Source of the DNA: Chiloscyllium plagiosum
Taxonomy: Eukaryota
Direction: 5' to 3'
Length of the DNA stretch: 64,000 nt
NCBI RefSeq assembly: GCF_004010195.1
Contig: NC_057718.1
Location: 44,740,143 to 44,804,142, forward strand
Position numbers and translations under genes: made by a program. Of the stretch, positions 13,088-26,215 are shown piece after piece (within the stretch, counting starts at the first letter, position 1; each line of letters opens with the position of its first letter). The notes under the pieces are model-generated. The model searched no databases. It worked only from the letters and a program-made list of their open reading frames with translations, and was not told the DNA's origin.

Positions 13088-13880
13088 CTTGAAACAGAAA
13101 ACCTCTTGAACATTACTGCATATGTAAAGAAAAGCAATCCAATCAAGAATAAGCTGTAACTGAAAACAATGTTAAAATTGTCGGAGCTAACCTAGACAGT
13201 GTGCATTCACTTCTTTAATATTCTTTATAATGCTGTCACTCGACTAAACAATATCTCTGTTAGCAAAATAATTCAATTGGGATTGTGATGGAATACCACT
13301 ATTATCAAGTGATAGAAATATTCCCACTTCTCATGAATAACCATCAGCTATATAAAAATTGTGCAAGTGTAAATATCAAGTTCAGCAGTAATGGAAAAAC
13401 AAAAGCTAAGAGTAGGCCATCCGACTCCCTGAGTCTGCTCCACCATTCACTGGGATCATGACTGATCTCCTGTCTCAATGCCAACTTTCTGCTTTCTTTC
13501 TGTACTCCACTGATTCATTTAATGAATTTATCAATCTCTTTCTTGAACACACATACACAGTGACCCAGCCTCCACAGCCCTCTATGGTTGTGAATTCCAC
13601 AGAATGACCACTCTCTGAGTGAAGAAATGTTTCCTCATCTTAGCCCTAAGGGGACTATCCCTATATCCTGAGATTGTGCCCATTGTTCCAGCCTGCCAAA
13701 TCTGGAGGAAACATGCTCCCTGGCATCTAGCCTGTCCAGCCCTGTAAAGAATTCTATATGTTTCAATCAGATTCTCTCTCATTCTTCTCAACTCGAGTGA
13801 ATAAAAGCCCAGTTGATCTGCCTTTTCCTCAAAGGACAGTCCTGCCATCCCTGTTATTGGTCTAGTGAACCTCTGCTGCA

Positions 13881-13984
13881 GTCAGTTCTGAGGAAGGGTC
13901 ACTGGATCCAAAGTGTTAACTCTGATTTTTCTTCACGGATGCTGCCAGACCTGCTGAGCCTCTCCAACAACTTCTGTTTTTGTT
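13881..13984 (+). mobile_element. Penelope-like fragment (second family) with decayed hammerhead motif
   Basis: 9-bp TSD tctgctgca at 13872-13880 and 13985-13993; CTGAGGA-A-GGGTC-ACTG-GATCC-AAAGT-GTT from 13888. Confidence 0.75.
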
Positions 13985-14351
13985 TCTGCTGCACTCCCTC
14001 TGTGGGATGTATATCTTTTCTTTGATAGGGAGTCCAAAAATGTGTGTAATATTGCATGTGTGCTCACACCAAGACCCTGTAAATCTGCTGTAAGACATTC
14101 CTACTTGAGCACCCAAATCCTCTTGCAATTAAGGCCAATATACCATCTGCCTTCCCGATTGCTTGCTGCACCCACCTATTTATTTTTATTGACTGGTTTA
14201 CAAAAATACCCAGAATCCCAGATCCTTTTCTCACCTACATTTCCCAGTATAATACCATTCAAATAATAAAAGCCCATTCTGTATTTGTGTAACTTCATGT
14301 TTATCCATATTATGCCACATCTGTCATGTTTTTGTCTACTCATTCAAATTG

Positions 14352-14467
14352 GAGAAGGTGAGGGCTGCAGATGCTGGAGATCAGAGTTGAGAGTGTGGTG
14401 CTGGAAAAGCACAGCAAGTCAGGCAGCATCCAAGGAGCAAGCAAATCGACGTTTCAGGCATAAGCCC
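14352..14467 (-). mobile_element. Penelope-like single-arm insertion
   Basis: 8-bp TSD tcaaattg at 14344-14351 and 14468-14475; same arm sequence as the 28444 element. Confidence 0.8.
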
Positions 14468-14619
14468 TCAAATTGTCTAGATAACCCTGAAGCCTCCTCG
14501 CGTCCTCCTTACATCTTACAACCAGGTGGAAGGGAGCTGGATGGGGACCCTGCCACTGTCCCACTTCTGGCTCGATTATGCCTGTGGTAGGGAGGCTTAG
14601 GACAGCCTTCATGTTCTTA

Positions 14620-14915
14620 TAGAGTTTTAGAGTCATACAGGAAGGAAACAGACCCTTCGGCCCAACTTAACCATTGCCAAACAGGTTCCCTAAACTAGTC
14701 CCATTTGCCTGTGTTTGGTCCATATCCCTCTAAACCTTTCCTGTCCACATACCTATCCAAATGTCTTTTAAGTATTGTAATTGTGCTCACCTCTATCACT
14801 TCCTCTAGCAGCTCATTCCATATATGCATACCCTCTGTGTGAAAAGGTTGACCCTTTAAATCTTGCCCTCTCGCTGTAAACCTATGCCCTTTAGTTTTGA
14901 ACTCCATTTTCCGGT
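14620..14915 (-). mobile_element. CR1/HER1-like LINE 3' end
   Basis: ORF 14695-14907 reads 'IWNELLEEVIEVSTITILKRHLDRYVDRKGLEGYG'. Confidence 0.9.
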
Positions 14916-15454
14916 GGGAAATTGCAGACCTTAAGCAGGCATCAAGAACTTGAGTGGGCTATTACTGTCCATTACATGCTTCATCCCATCAAGCTACCAT
15001 AAGTAAAGTCATCAATATGGAGGGAGCCTGAGAATTACAATGTGGCATGTTTGCTTACAGGATCAAGGGTGGTCGCTTATTTTCAGTGCATAATCTAAGG
15101 ACCTGCCATACGAAGGGAGCATGGGTGCCCCTGAGAGCCAAGCCTGTTCCATTGTTTCTTATCCAGTCTCCCACAGCTCCCAACACTAGTCCTGGCAGTT
15201 GCACCACCAGCAGCCCCTCCCACTATCAAGGCGGTGTGAATTACATTGAGGAGCTGCAGACCTCTGATTGGTTGACAGCTTTTGGTGGGTGGATTTTTTG
15301 TCTTGGGTGTTCTGGATGCTAGGAAAGGCCTGATGCTGGCCCCTGACTTACCTGACTGGCAACACGATGGGTCTTCCCCAATGGAGGTCATACAGGTTCT
15401 TCCCAATCCTCTACTCAACTGGCAAGAGCCCAGTTACCCAATGCCAACGAAGAC

Positions 15455-15830
15455 CTGAGTGCAAAAGTCAAGCTTAATACTACAGTGCCGTACTGGAGAG
15501 GTGCAGCTGTTTTGGTGGAGTCTCCTTTCAGTTAGACCATTAAATTAAGGCTCAGTCTGCTCTCAAAGGTAAGAGTAAAGATCTGCTGGCACTATTCAAA
15601 GAAGAGCAGAGGAGTATTTCCCTGTGTGTTGGCCAAAATTTATACCACAATCAGCATTAAAATAATAGATCTTCTGTTTATGATCACATTACTCTCTGTG
15701 GAAGCTTTTTGTGTTCAAATTGTTGTATTTCCTATATTACAACAATGATTATACCTCAAAATAATGTCATTGGCTATAGTGCACTTTGAAATAGCTACTA
15801 ATCCTAAAAGGCAATTTACAAATGAGCCTT
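15455..15830 (+). mobile_element. DeuSINE-like (SacSINE1-type) SINE, decayed
   Basis: Deu-domain-like 'gtaaagatctgctggcactattcaaagaagagcagaggagt...ggccaaaatttatacc' and an L2-type tail; recalled similarity only. Confidence 0.65.
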
Positions 15831-15854
15831 TTTTTCTGTTTAGGGCACCACATT

Positions 15855-16090
15855 ACAATCATAGAATAACACTACAGTGTGGCCCACTGAGTCCATACCA
15901 ACCCCGTGAAGAGCATCCCAGCCCCTACTGTACGACCCTGCATTTCCCATGGCTAATCCACCTAGCCTGCACATCTTTGGATTGTGGGAGGAAATGAAAA
16001 GAAGCCTGCATATTCACAGGGAGAATGTGCAAAGTCCACACAGACAATCACTGTGAGGTAGCAGTGCTAACCACTGAGCCACCATGCCAC
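15855..16090 (-). mobile_element. HE1-like SINE, older copy
   Basis: 'gcacatctttggattgtgggaggaaa...gagaatgtgcaaagtccacacagac...gcagtgctaaccactgagccacc'. Confidence 0.85.
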
Positions 16091-16398
16091 TCACAAATTG
16101 GTCCCAATTATCTCAATTTAGATGCATACCTTTCATGAATTTAAGTATCTTATTGAAATTTCTTGAAATAATATGAGAAACAGGAATAATGAGAAAGTTA
16201 TAATGAGCATTGTCAGGGTTTAGACAGGAGCTCTGCATCCAGCATTTCTCTGATGACAAGCAGTATGTGTTTTATTTTTGACAGAAACTGTTATATTCAG
16301 AGGCAATATTATCTTTTGACAGAACATTGAGTTCTTCAGCTCACTGGGGAAGATTTTCAATGTTCATCACTTGGAAAGTAATCTGAGAGAGTGCATAC

Positions 16399-16482
16399 CG
16401 TTTACAGAACGTGTCTGGTTTCAGTCCATGAAAAGTAACAGAGTCGTACTGAGGACCAATTGGCAAGCCATTGAAATCTTTT
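16399..16482 (-). CDS. Candidate exon of an unidentified host gene
   Basis: Acceptor ctgtctgatttttcag and donor ACG|gtatgc; 84 nt; only one frame open (phase 2 to 2): KDFNGLPIGPQYDSVTFHGLKPDTFCK. Confidence 0.35.
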
Positions 16483-17229
16483 CTGAAAAATCAGACAGCT
16501 CCTACAATGAGCAGACAAATTACTCTGCCAGATTACATCCAATCAGCAAAAGTAAAAATATTCCCCTACATTATCAAGCCATAATAGCTGGGACAAACAT
16601 ACAAAGAAGATGCTACAGACCAAAGCAGCAGTCTTCATTCACAATTACATAGTAAATAGAGAACACACTGTTCAAAATACTCAATTTTCTTTATAGATCA
16701 CAAATTACCAGATTAATCAGACATCTCAAACAGGAAATGCAATATCGCCAAGTTCAGACCACTTGATTACAGCCTTTGAAATAAAGGCTTTTTAAACAGG
16801 ACCTGCAGGGTAATACTATCACAAAAGCACTGATCACCGCTTGGACATTCAAGGCCTTTCTAATTGAGAGAACAGGCTGTTTGTGAATTTTGAGTCAGCA
16901 TGCTGGATTTGGGGTCTAAGATCGGGATCTGTTTGTGAGGGTCAAACTGAAGACCTGACTTTACATTGTGTCAGGGAGCAGTGACCTAACAGTGATAATT
17001 CCTGATTGGCCAATTATGGTGAGAGAACATGCTCACTGTCTAATTATGGGCAGTAAGCAGGTTTCCAAAGCTGTAAGCCTGAAGAGCTTGGTTAGCTTGA
17101 ATGGCTGGCATGCAATGCCAATGTTGCAGGTTCAATTTGCATACTGGCTGAGGTCAACATGCCTTGGAGGTAGAATGGTGGCAGCAAACTAGCAAATTGT
17201 CTACTCTGGAAGATGTTCTCACTTGTGTA

Positions 17230-17613
17230 CTTCTTTTGTCCACAAACATCCAGTCTGTCCACCTCCAACACTCATTAGCAGCAGCATATGCATCTCCAAA
17301 GAGGCACTGCAGAAATTCACCAAGGCTTTTTAAGCAGCACCTTCCAAGTCTATGATTGCTTCTATCTAGAAAAATAGGGACAGCAGGTACATGGGAACAC
17401 CAGCAACTACATGTTTCCCTCCAGACCACTCAACAATCTGACATAAAATCTATAGCCCTTCCCTCAGTGTGACTGGGACAAAATCCTAAAACTTCCTTCC
17501 TAACAGTATTGTGGGTCTCCCAACACCAAATGGACTGCAGCAGTTCAACAAGGCAGCTCACCACCACCTTTTCGAGAGCAACTAGGGGTGAGTAATAAAT
17601 GCCCAGCCAGTGA
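17230..17613 (+). mobile_element. CR1-group LINE 3' end in the foldback loop
   Basis: Matches 21700-22005 (gcactgcag...caccaagg...cagcaccttcc...gcagctcaccaccacc). Confidence 0.75.
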
Positions 17614-17726
17614 TGGCCAATCAGGGAATAACACTGTCAGCTGACTGCTTCCTTACACAATGTAGAGACAGGACTTCCATTTGACCCAAACAAACAGATT
17701 CTGACCCTAGAGCCCAAATCCAGAAT

Positions 17727-17938
17727 CTAGATTAGTGTGGTGCTGGAAAAGCACAGCAGGTCAGGCAGCATCTCAGGAGCAGGAAGGTCGACATTTCAGG
17801 CAAAAGCCCTTCCTGATGAAGGGCTTTTGCCCGAAAGTCGATTTTCCTGCTCCTCAGATGATGCCTGACCTGCTGTGCTTTTCCAGCATTACTCTAATAT
17901 AGACTCTGATCTCCAGCATCTGCAGTTCTCACATTTGT
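17727..17938. mobile_element. Palindromic Penelope-like insertion, opposite orientation
   Basis: 13-bp TSD ccaaatccagaat at 17714-17726 and 17939-17951; CTGATGA-A-GGGC-TTTT-GCCC-GAAA-GTC from 17813. Confidence 0.85.
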
Positions 17939-19254
17939 CCAAATCCAGAATGCTGACTCACAATTCACGAACGGCCTCATGCCTCATTCAAGAAAGCCTT
18001 GAGTGTCCAATGGATGATTAGTGCTTCCGTGTCAGTGTTAACCTGTAGATCTGCTGAAAAAGGCCTTTCTTTCAAAGGCTGTTATCAAGTCGTTTGAACT
18101 GGGGTAATGTTTTTTTTTCTGTCTGAGATGTTTGATTAATCTGGTAATTTGTAATCAATAACAAAAATCAAGTATTTTGATAAATGTGTGTTCTAGATTT
18201 ACTATGTAATTGTGAATGAAGACTACTGGACTGTCCCATCTTCTTTGCATGAATAAATTTTAAAAACTATCGGAGCAGAGCGAAAAACAATTTTAAATCT
18301 GAAAGAGGCTTTTTGCAGAGGCAAACTATTTTGATTGTAGGACATTGCTTTCCAATACAAATCGGCATAGTACGCACGATGCTAAAATTAAAAGTTTTGC
18401 CAAAAAAGGAACATCAGGTGAATTCTACGGGAAAATCAGTCCATGGCACGATAAGATGCCTAAGTGGCAAAGAAATAAATGGCTCCCTGAATGTTCAATG
18501 AATCAGTACTGCAGACATTATTTACAGAATTCTGTTTGCATAGATTTTTTTTGTTTAATTAGGTTTATTACAGTGGTTAAAAAAAAACACTGCAGGGCTA
18601 ATGAGTTGCATGCATGTGTTAATAAAATAAATAAATGTAAACACAGAAAATCTAATAATTGAAAGCCAAAAGGCAAAACAAAATCCCCCAAACTGTGAAA
18701 GGTTAGCACCAGAAAATATATGAAATAAATAACACAATTAAATTAATTAAATCATTTTTTCTTAACAGCAATTTCATACTTGTGGAAGGTGAAAAAGTAA
18801 TGATGCCTATGTATGTGAAAGAGTTGATGGTTCTGTAATGGGAATATGTAAAAATAAATGACTATAGGTAAGAAAAGGCAAATAATCCAGAATTCAGCTG
18901 AAAGCCTTTAATCATAGAATATGTCCTTTCATATCTCCTCAACAAAAGACTTCCATTCTTTGATGAATTGGAGAGCTTTCCAACAAAGTGCAATGGACTC
19001 TAAGTAAAACATTAATGGCCTAAAATAGGTGTACAAATAACAATTTATCAATGCAGGTACCAACCCCCTTTTATTGGGCACTGTATCCATTGCTAAATAG
19101 TGGATTGCAGTACTTGTATTCATCTGTGTTATTAAGTCAAAATTTGTTTGTCCTTGTTATTTCTGGCTGGCAGTTGAGGTCAGAGGGATGCTGGCTAGCA
19201 GTCTTAAGCCAAACTAGGAGCACACACCCCCTCCCCCCAAAAAAAAATCGGCCA

Positions 19255-22020
19255 CACTGTTTTATTAAAATCACTACAAAGTTTAAAGAAAGGAATGAAA
19301 CCAGAAGGGCCACCTGGCATTGACCTGGGTACTGGAAATGTCAACAGCAAACCCAGTCTGCAAGGTCCACCTTACTAACATCTGGATGCTTGGGCCAAAA
19401 TTAGGATATTTGTCTCACAGGCTATTCAAGTAACAGCCTGACACAATCTTACTCATTGAAAATACCTTACAGACAATATCCGAGACAACAACATCACTGT
19501 AAGGACAGATCTAGTAGAGATGGTAACACAGTCACATAGAGTTGGGAGGGAGTTGTCTTTCAAATCCTCGATATTGACTCTGGACTCCATGAAGTCTCAC
19601 ATGTATCAGGACAAACATGGGCATGGTAACCTCATGCTGATTACCACTTACCATGCTAACGGCCACCTTGGCTGTTCAATCAATATCCCTTCAATTTGAA
19701 CACAACTTGGAAAAAGCACTGATGGGCCAAGACACAGAATACAATCTTGGTGAGGGAATGTCTATTACTCAGCAGCAACACTAATGACCAAGTGGCTAAG
19801 TTACTAGACTGGAGTCACAGCAGGTGATGAGGGAACCAACCAGAGTGAAAAATCTACCTGGTCGCTTCTTCACCTGTCACAGATGTATCTGTTCAAGGTA
19901 GTATTGGTTGGAGTGATTGGCACAGTGATATTGTGTAGACCAAGTCACAACTTCACTATGAAAATACCCTCCATCATCTGTGTGGCTAAATGTACTAGAT
20001 TGTTCTAAATAGGATAGATATCAAACAGGTCTATCAGCTAAAGTTGAACATCCATGAGCACTGTGGACAATCAGCAACAGCAAAATTGTCCTTAAGCCCA
20101 AACTATAACCTAATGGACTACCACACTCCATCATTACAATCAAGTTTGATGATCCATCCTGCTTCAATTAAGAGTGAAGCAGGGCATGTTGAGACTAGCA
20201 TCAGGCAAACCTAAAACTGAGGTATCAACCTAGTGAAGCTACATAAAAGGACTACTTTGTGCCAAACAATGCAAGTAACATGATATAGACAGAGTTAATA
20301 CATGGCACAACCACCAGATCAGACCAAAGCTCTGCAGTTCTTCCACGTAAAGTGATGATTGGTGGTGAACAATTACACAACTCTTGGAAGAAGATGTTCG
20401 AAAACCAACCCCATCATCAATGACAGGAGAGGCCAGCTCATCAGTGCAAAAGATACACTGAAGGAGTTGTGTTCAACTTGAGCCAAAAATGTCAAATGGA
20501 TCATCCAACTTGGCCTGTGGTCCCCAGTGTCACAGATGTCAGTCTAAAGTCCATTCATTTCACTCCATATAATATCTAGAAATGGTGGAAGGCATTGAAT
20601 GCTGCAAAGTCAATGGACCATGACAATAATACTACTAATAGTAGTATAGACTTGTATTTCAGAACTAGCTATAATCCTATCCAAGGTATTCTAGTACAGT
20701 CACAACTGTGGCATCTACCCAGTAATGTAGAAAATTAATCGGGTATGTCCTGGCCACAGAAACCATTACAGATCCATCCTAACCAATTACCGTCCTATCA
20801 GTCTATTCTCGATCGTGAGCAAAATGATGGAAGGGGTCATCAAAAATGCTATCAAGCAGGACATGCAAAGAAATAGCCTGCTAACTGAAGCTCAGTTTGG
20901 GTTCTGTCAGTACCATTCTGCTCCTGAACTCATTACATCCTTCATCCAAACATGGACAAAAGAGCTAAATTCCAGAAGTCATCTGACATCAAGCCAGTAT
21001 TTGTCTAAGCATAGCATTAAGGGGCCCTAGGAAAACTTGAATCAATGGGAATCAGGGAAACACCCTACTGCTTGGAGTCATACCTGGCATAAAGAAAACT
21101 GTGATTGTGTGGTTATAACAGTTGGAGGTTAATCACTTCAGTCCAAGACCATCACTGCAAGACTTGCTCAGGATAGTATCCTAAGCCCGACTATTTCAAC
21201 TTTTCAGCAACAACCTTTCCTCCATCATGAGGTCAGACATGGGGAAGTTCACAGATGATTACACAATGTTTAGCAACATTTACTGCTCCTCAGATACTGA
21301 AGATGTCCATACCCATTTGCAGCATGATCTGGACAATATCCAGGCATGGGATGATAATTTGTGCCAAACAACGTACAGTCAATGTCTATCTTCAACAAGA
21401 GATAATCTATCCATCATCTCTTAATGTTCAATGTCATTAACATTGCTGAGTCATCCACTATCACCATTTTGGAGCTACAATTGAGCAGAAACAGAACAGG
21501 ATCAGTTATATAAATAATGTGACTACAAGTTCTGATCTGAGGCAAAGAAATCATCACCTCCTGTCTCCCTATCTACCATCTCCAAATCATTTGTCAGAAG
21601 TGTGATGGAATATTTTCCATTTACTTGGATGAGTGCAGCTCCAACAACATTTGAAAAGCTCAAAACAGTTCAGGACAAGGTATTCCAATAGATTCACCCC
21701 CTTCACCAGTGATACATATGGCAACAGTGAGTACCATCTTCATGATGCACTGCAATAGCTTACCAGGCCTGTATTGACAGCATCTTCCTACCATGTGACC
21801 TCTACTACAAATCAGGAAAAGGGACAGCCAATACATAGCCACACATTGTCCTGGTTTGGAACCATGTCACCATTCCTTCAGTGTCGCTGGAATCTTCTAA
21901 CAAGCAGTACTTACATTACATAACCAGTTCAAAATGACAGCTCAGTTCTCCAGGGCAATTAAGGATGGATAATAATAGCTAGCTTGGCCAGCGACAGCTA
22001 TGCCACAAAAAAATAAAAAA
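19255..22020 (+). mobile_element. Old CR1-group LINE, nearly full-length ORF2, decayed
   Basis: 'NYRPISLFSIVSKMMEGVI...EAQFGF' (~20785-20905) and 'KFTDDYT' (RT YADD-like, ~21245); A-rich end. Confidence 0.85.
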
Positions 22021-24534
22021 TGTACATCTGGAAAGTCTGTACTTCAAGAACCCTTCCTGCTCTTACACATGGTGCCATTTAGTTCACCACCTTTCCCTTT
22101 ATCTCTCTCCTTAGATAGAACAATGCAGCATTCTCTGTTTCTGACACATGTTTTGTGTAATTCTCTTTAATAATTCAAATGCTTTGACCTTGCTAAATTG
22201 TGCTTGTGAGAGTCAAATCACATCTGCCAAAATAAATACTGGCAGTAAGAAGAGTTTTGTGGAGGTATGTTCTGATCAAGACATACAGTATTAAAACACA
22301 TATTTTAAAATAGAATTGGCTGTCATTAGTGAAATAATATTCATACATTATTGTAACTTCAGAGGAAAAAAACTGAACAGATATGTAGCATGCTGCGACC
22401 TCTTGAGAACATAGATCTGTACCATTTATCTTTCAAAAAGTGCAAACATCAATATTATGATAGGAAGCCCATGCATTGTCGATATATGCATTGAATCCAT
22501 TGCTAAATTGTTGGAACTCACTGTTTAGACTGCCCAGAAATGATTAAAACATGTGCTAAATGCATCAATTCCAGAACATGGAAGACCTGTTCAAGGACCC
22601 CTTGAGCAATTAATTCTGGTTGAGCAGGACAGCATCATGTCTACCTCACTCAGGATTCTTCATCAACAGCTGTGACTGCCCACTGAAAGTTTTCTTTTTA
22701 AAATACATTTCTTGTGAAATCAGGAGGAGCAATAGACCTGATCCTCCCACTTCAGCCCCCTTCTAGCACTCACCAGAGCATCACTGCCGCTGACATCAAC
22801 ATTTATGTGTCCCATCAGATGAGCTCCATATGGTTCTGTGACCAGTTCCACAAGGTCACCCCATTGAAACTTGATGACGTCTCAGAGCTAATTTCTACTA
22901 ATCACTCGGGGTCTTTTACTCCCAGTGTTGCTGACAACTCAACACTGCATTTAGCCATCAAAATGGTCTGAGGCAATTTTTTTATCTCACAATGCAGAAA
23001 CAGGACTTCAAACTATATATCTTTCTTTCACAACATAACTCTTTTTGCATCTCAATTATCAACACCATCGGAATAATCCCTTTCCCTCAATATACAATGG
23101 AGACTAATACTCCTTGTCTATTGTCACAAACCGAACCAAACTGTTTCAATCTCAGTGTTATATTTGACTGTAAACTGAGCTTCTAAAACCCATTAAAGTC
23201 CCTTTAAGTATCCTTGTTATGTGTCTCTGAACTCCCCAGGCATCAATATTATACTGAAATAGAGGGAAAAGTTTTTTACTGCCAGTAGTGGTGAGACTGG
23301 AGGAGAGAAGGCAGGTTAATGAGGTCAGGTGGTGGTATTCCTCACCATGGTCATCTTCTTGTCCTACCATCAACTGATGTCCTTGAGTGGCCAATTATGG
23401 TTTACAAAAAAGAACCAACCCAGTTCCAGGAGGGGGCGCTGTTGCCATATTGTGTTCACAGCATCAGAAACCATGCAGCAGCTTGACATCTGATAATTTG
23501 GGGATGAAACCTCTCAATGTCTGCCTCAATAAAATGCACTCAGCATCTTATTGAAGGTGGACCATAGAGAAAGGGGTGGGGCATGGAGGGACATGCCCCT
23601 GCCCTTGCTATCAAACCCCACCCCACTATCCCTGTGAACACAACTCTACAAATCCACCAACACTGCCAACAGTAACTCCCCACCCCAACACATGACTTAT
23701 CTGTGGGTCTGGCACTCTGTTGCTTGTCCTTCCGGGAGCAGCCACCATCTCCCCCGTGGTGCTACTGAGCACATGATGCCAGCCTCTATTGGCTGGCCAT
23801 TCTCAGTGGGCAAAACTTATGTCCCCAGGCTGTGGATCCCAACGGATGGCCTACCAGGTGCCTTGCCACTAATGACTAGGTTGGCAGTTGTTTGGCAGGC
23901 CAAGCCATAAAGAAATAGAAGAGGTCCCTTACCAGTTCTCCAACTGACAGTCAAGGCACCAACACTTTAACAGGATTCGGTCCTGAACGACATGTTTTAA
24001 ATCTGGAATTTGGCTGACTCTCCTTTATAAACTCTAATTTACCCACTTGTGTTGGCATTATTTACTGAATTTAAAGTATCTAATTTTCCAGGTCTTTTCA
24101 CATTAACTTAGGCTGTGCTGGAGCTATAAAGAAAAACATTATGAGCATATTGCACTTGCTGCAATATTCTTTGTAATATGAAATTGAGTACTATTACTGA
24201 GTAATAGTTATAATCTAGAAAAGCATGCCGCATGCTTTCTGACTTTTAAGACCATTATTAAATAAAACTTCCAAGGATTGCCAACCAATAATCTTAATGC
24301 GTTTTGGAGTACTTCCACAAAATGCCAAGAGTTTGACTAACTTGTTCCAATATCCAACAGAAAAATGATAGCGTTTGAATTTTAATAGTAATATTATAAA
24401 CTATATTTTGTTCCATATTTACATTCATTTTAATTTTTGTTTGAAAAAGAATATATATATCTACCAATTTGGTTCTTTGCTTTGTGTTTCCCATTTTGTG
24501 CTATTGAGTTTCTTCCCTTTCATGAAAACACAAA

Positions 24535-24960
24535 GAAGAAGAACTTGTATTTATATTATACTTTAATGAGCTTAGAAATCAGCAAAGCAATTTTCAGTGA
24601 AGTTTGATATGGTGTTAATGCTGTAATTTGGGAAACACATCAGTCTGTGTGTGCATAGCTAAACCAGAATTTAGATAAATAACTAGTTAAATTTGTATAG
24701 TGATGTTGTTCTTGGCAAGCATTGGCCAGGAAGATAGGAGAATGAGGATTGTGCCTTACGATATTTTATGATCCCACTTAAGAAGCGGGGGACGGTTTCA
24801 ATCTAACATTTTATCCAAAAGACCATACCTCGGAACGTGCCAGTTTCCCTAAGGATTGCACCCAACTCTTAGCCTAGGTTCTATTTTCAGGTCCAGAAGT
24901 AAGGCTTGAATCCAAATCTTTCAGATTTTAAGGTAAGTGTATCAGCAAAATTGACACTTT
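24535..24960 (-). mobile_element. DeuSINE-like SINE, heavily decayed
   Basis: Reverse complement resembles 15455-15830 (ttggccagga...gatcccac...tttatccaaaaga) with a tRNA-like head near 24900-24950. Confidence 0.5.
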
Positions 24961-25638
24961 AATGTGTCCATACTGCACTACACAACCTTGTCAAAATGGC
25001 CATTCTTCTGAATACCTGGGCAAAAGGATCCAACCAGCTTTTTCAGCCAATCTAGACTTTAATACCCAGTCAATTTCCCAATAATGAATTGAGCATCCTC
25101 AATTTTCTAATGTGGCTTGCGTAAGCCCGAGTGATGCACTTAAGCATCTTCTAAAATGCACACCAATCCATGAATGCCTTTGTCCTGGAATTTTGCCTTT
25201 TCATGTATGGGTCAGGTCCGTAGTGTATTTTTCAAGCTGCTATGGAATGTGTGATGTGTGAAAGTGCAGAAGCAGTCTTGTTAGAAGGCCTGACTCAGGG
25301 GTACTCAAACACAGGAGCCAGCTCCCTAACCTTAACCCCTCATCCCCTGACCCACTGAACTCCCATGTGATCCTATGACCCTTTAGCTCACCCAAGCCAC
25401 TTTCTAGTACCTTAGATCACTCATGTTAATTCCATGTTCTTTCAAATCTGTCCATTCCACATCAACCCCATGCTCTCCATGATTCCATCATAGCCATTCA
25501 CCCAGTATGTACAATGTAAGGTTCTCATGCAAAATCATTGAGAATTATTGTGGAATAATTGGAAAGAAATCAAAACATAAACAATCTAGTAAAACCTGAA
25601 CTCAAACACACTATCAATTATACAGTTTTTTTCTGTTT

Positions 25639-25842
25639 CTGTTCTTCTACAGCGTGATGGTTGTGTAACAACATGTTATAGAAAAATTGTGCTTCAGAAA
25701 AGCATTTAAAATATTGGTGATGTAATCACGTTGCAGCCAACACACATTTTAAAAGTTTGCACTTTAGAACAGTATCCCCAACTCGTCAATCGCTACAGTG
25801 AATTTGCTTTAACGAAACACATGTTACAGCAGAACAGCCTGT
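25639..25842. mobile_element. MITE-like DNA element (Tc1/mariner-pogo type)
   Basis: Imperfect terminal inverted repeats ctgttcttctacagcgtg / catgttacagcagaacag; about 200 bp and non-coding. Confidence 0.6.
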
Positions 25843-26119
25843 CTTGGATAAAAATAACTGCTCTGCTAAAAAATATTGAATACTTTAAGTGTCTATTATA
25901 TTTTTAAACAATCAAGAAACCACACTGAAGACATATTACATTATTATAGATTCTTGGAGGTTTCAATTGTTTTTGGAGCAATAGACTACCTGATGAGCTG
26001 TATCTATTTACAGCTTTTGAAAACCACCAAGCATTCGTAACAATTGTTTGTTACTACAAAACTAGACATATTTTCTTGAAGCTTTTATTTTGGACTCATC
26101 AAGGCAATTCACAAGACTA

Positions 26120-26212
26120 GAGCTGAAAATGTGTTGCTGGAAAAGCGCAGCAGGTCAGGCAGCATCCAAGGAGCAGGAGAATCGACGTTTCGGGCATGAG
26201 CCCTTCTTCAGG
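26120..26212 (-). mobile_element. Penelope-like single-arm insertion with intact hammerhead motif
   Basis: 14-bp TSD aattcacaa(g/a)acta at 26106-26119 and 26213-26226. Confidence 0.85.
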
Positions 26213-26215
26213 AAT
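26181..26215 (-). ncRNA. Minimal type I hammerhead ribozyme motif
   Basis: Minus strand reads AUUC-CUGAAGA-A-GGGC-UCAU-GCCC-GAAAC-GUC-GAU: catalytic boxes, stem II and a palindromic ACGU stem III. Activity untested. Confidence 0.65.

Larger units (their letters stand above)
13405..14520 (-). mobile_element. CR1-group LINE 3' portion carrying two PLE insertions
   Basis: ORF 13582-13848 reads 'LGFYSLELRRMRENLIETYRIL...HFFTQRVVILWNS'; 3' tail gagtaggccat...ctgctccaccattca. Confidence 0.85.
16598..18250. repeat. Long diverged inverted repeat (foldback); arms ~16598-17012 and ~17614-18250
   Basis: 16631-16668 matches the reverse complement of 18186-18223 at 36/38; 16699-16730 pairs with 18124-18152; inner ends cctgattggcca / tggccaatcagg. 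Confidence 0.9.
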
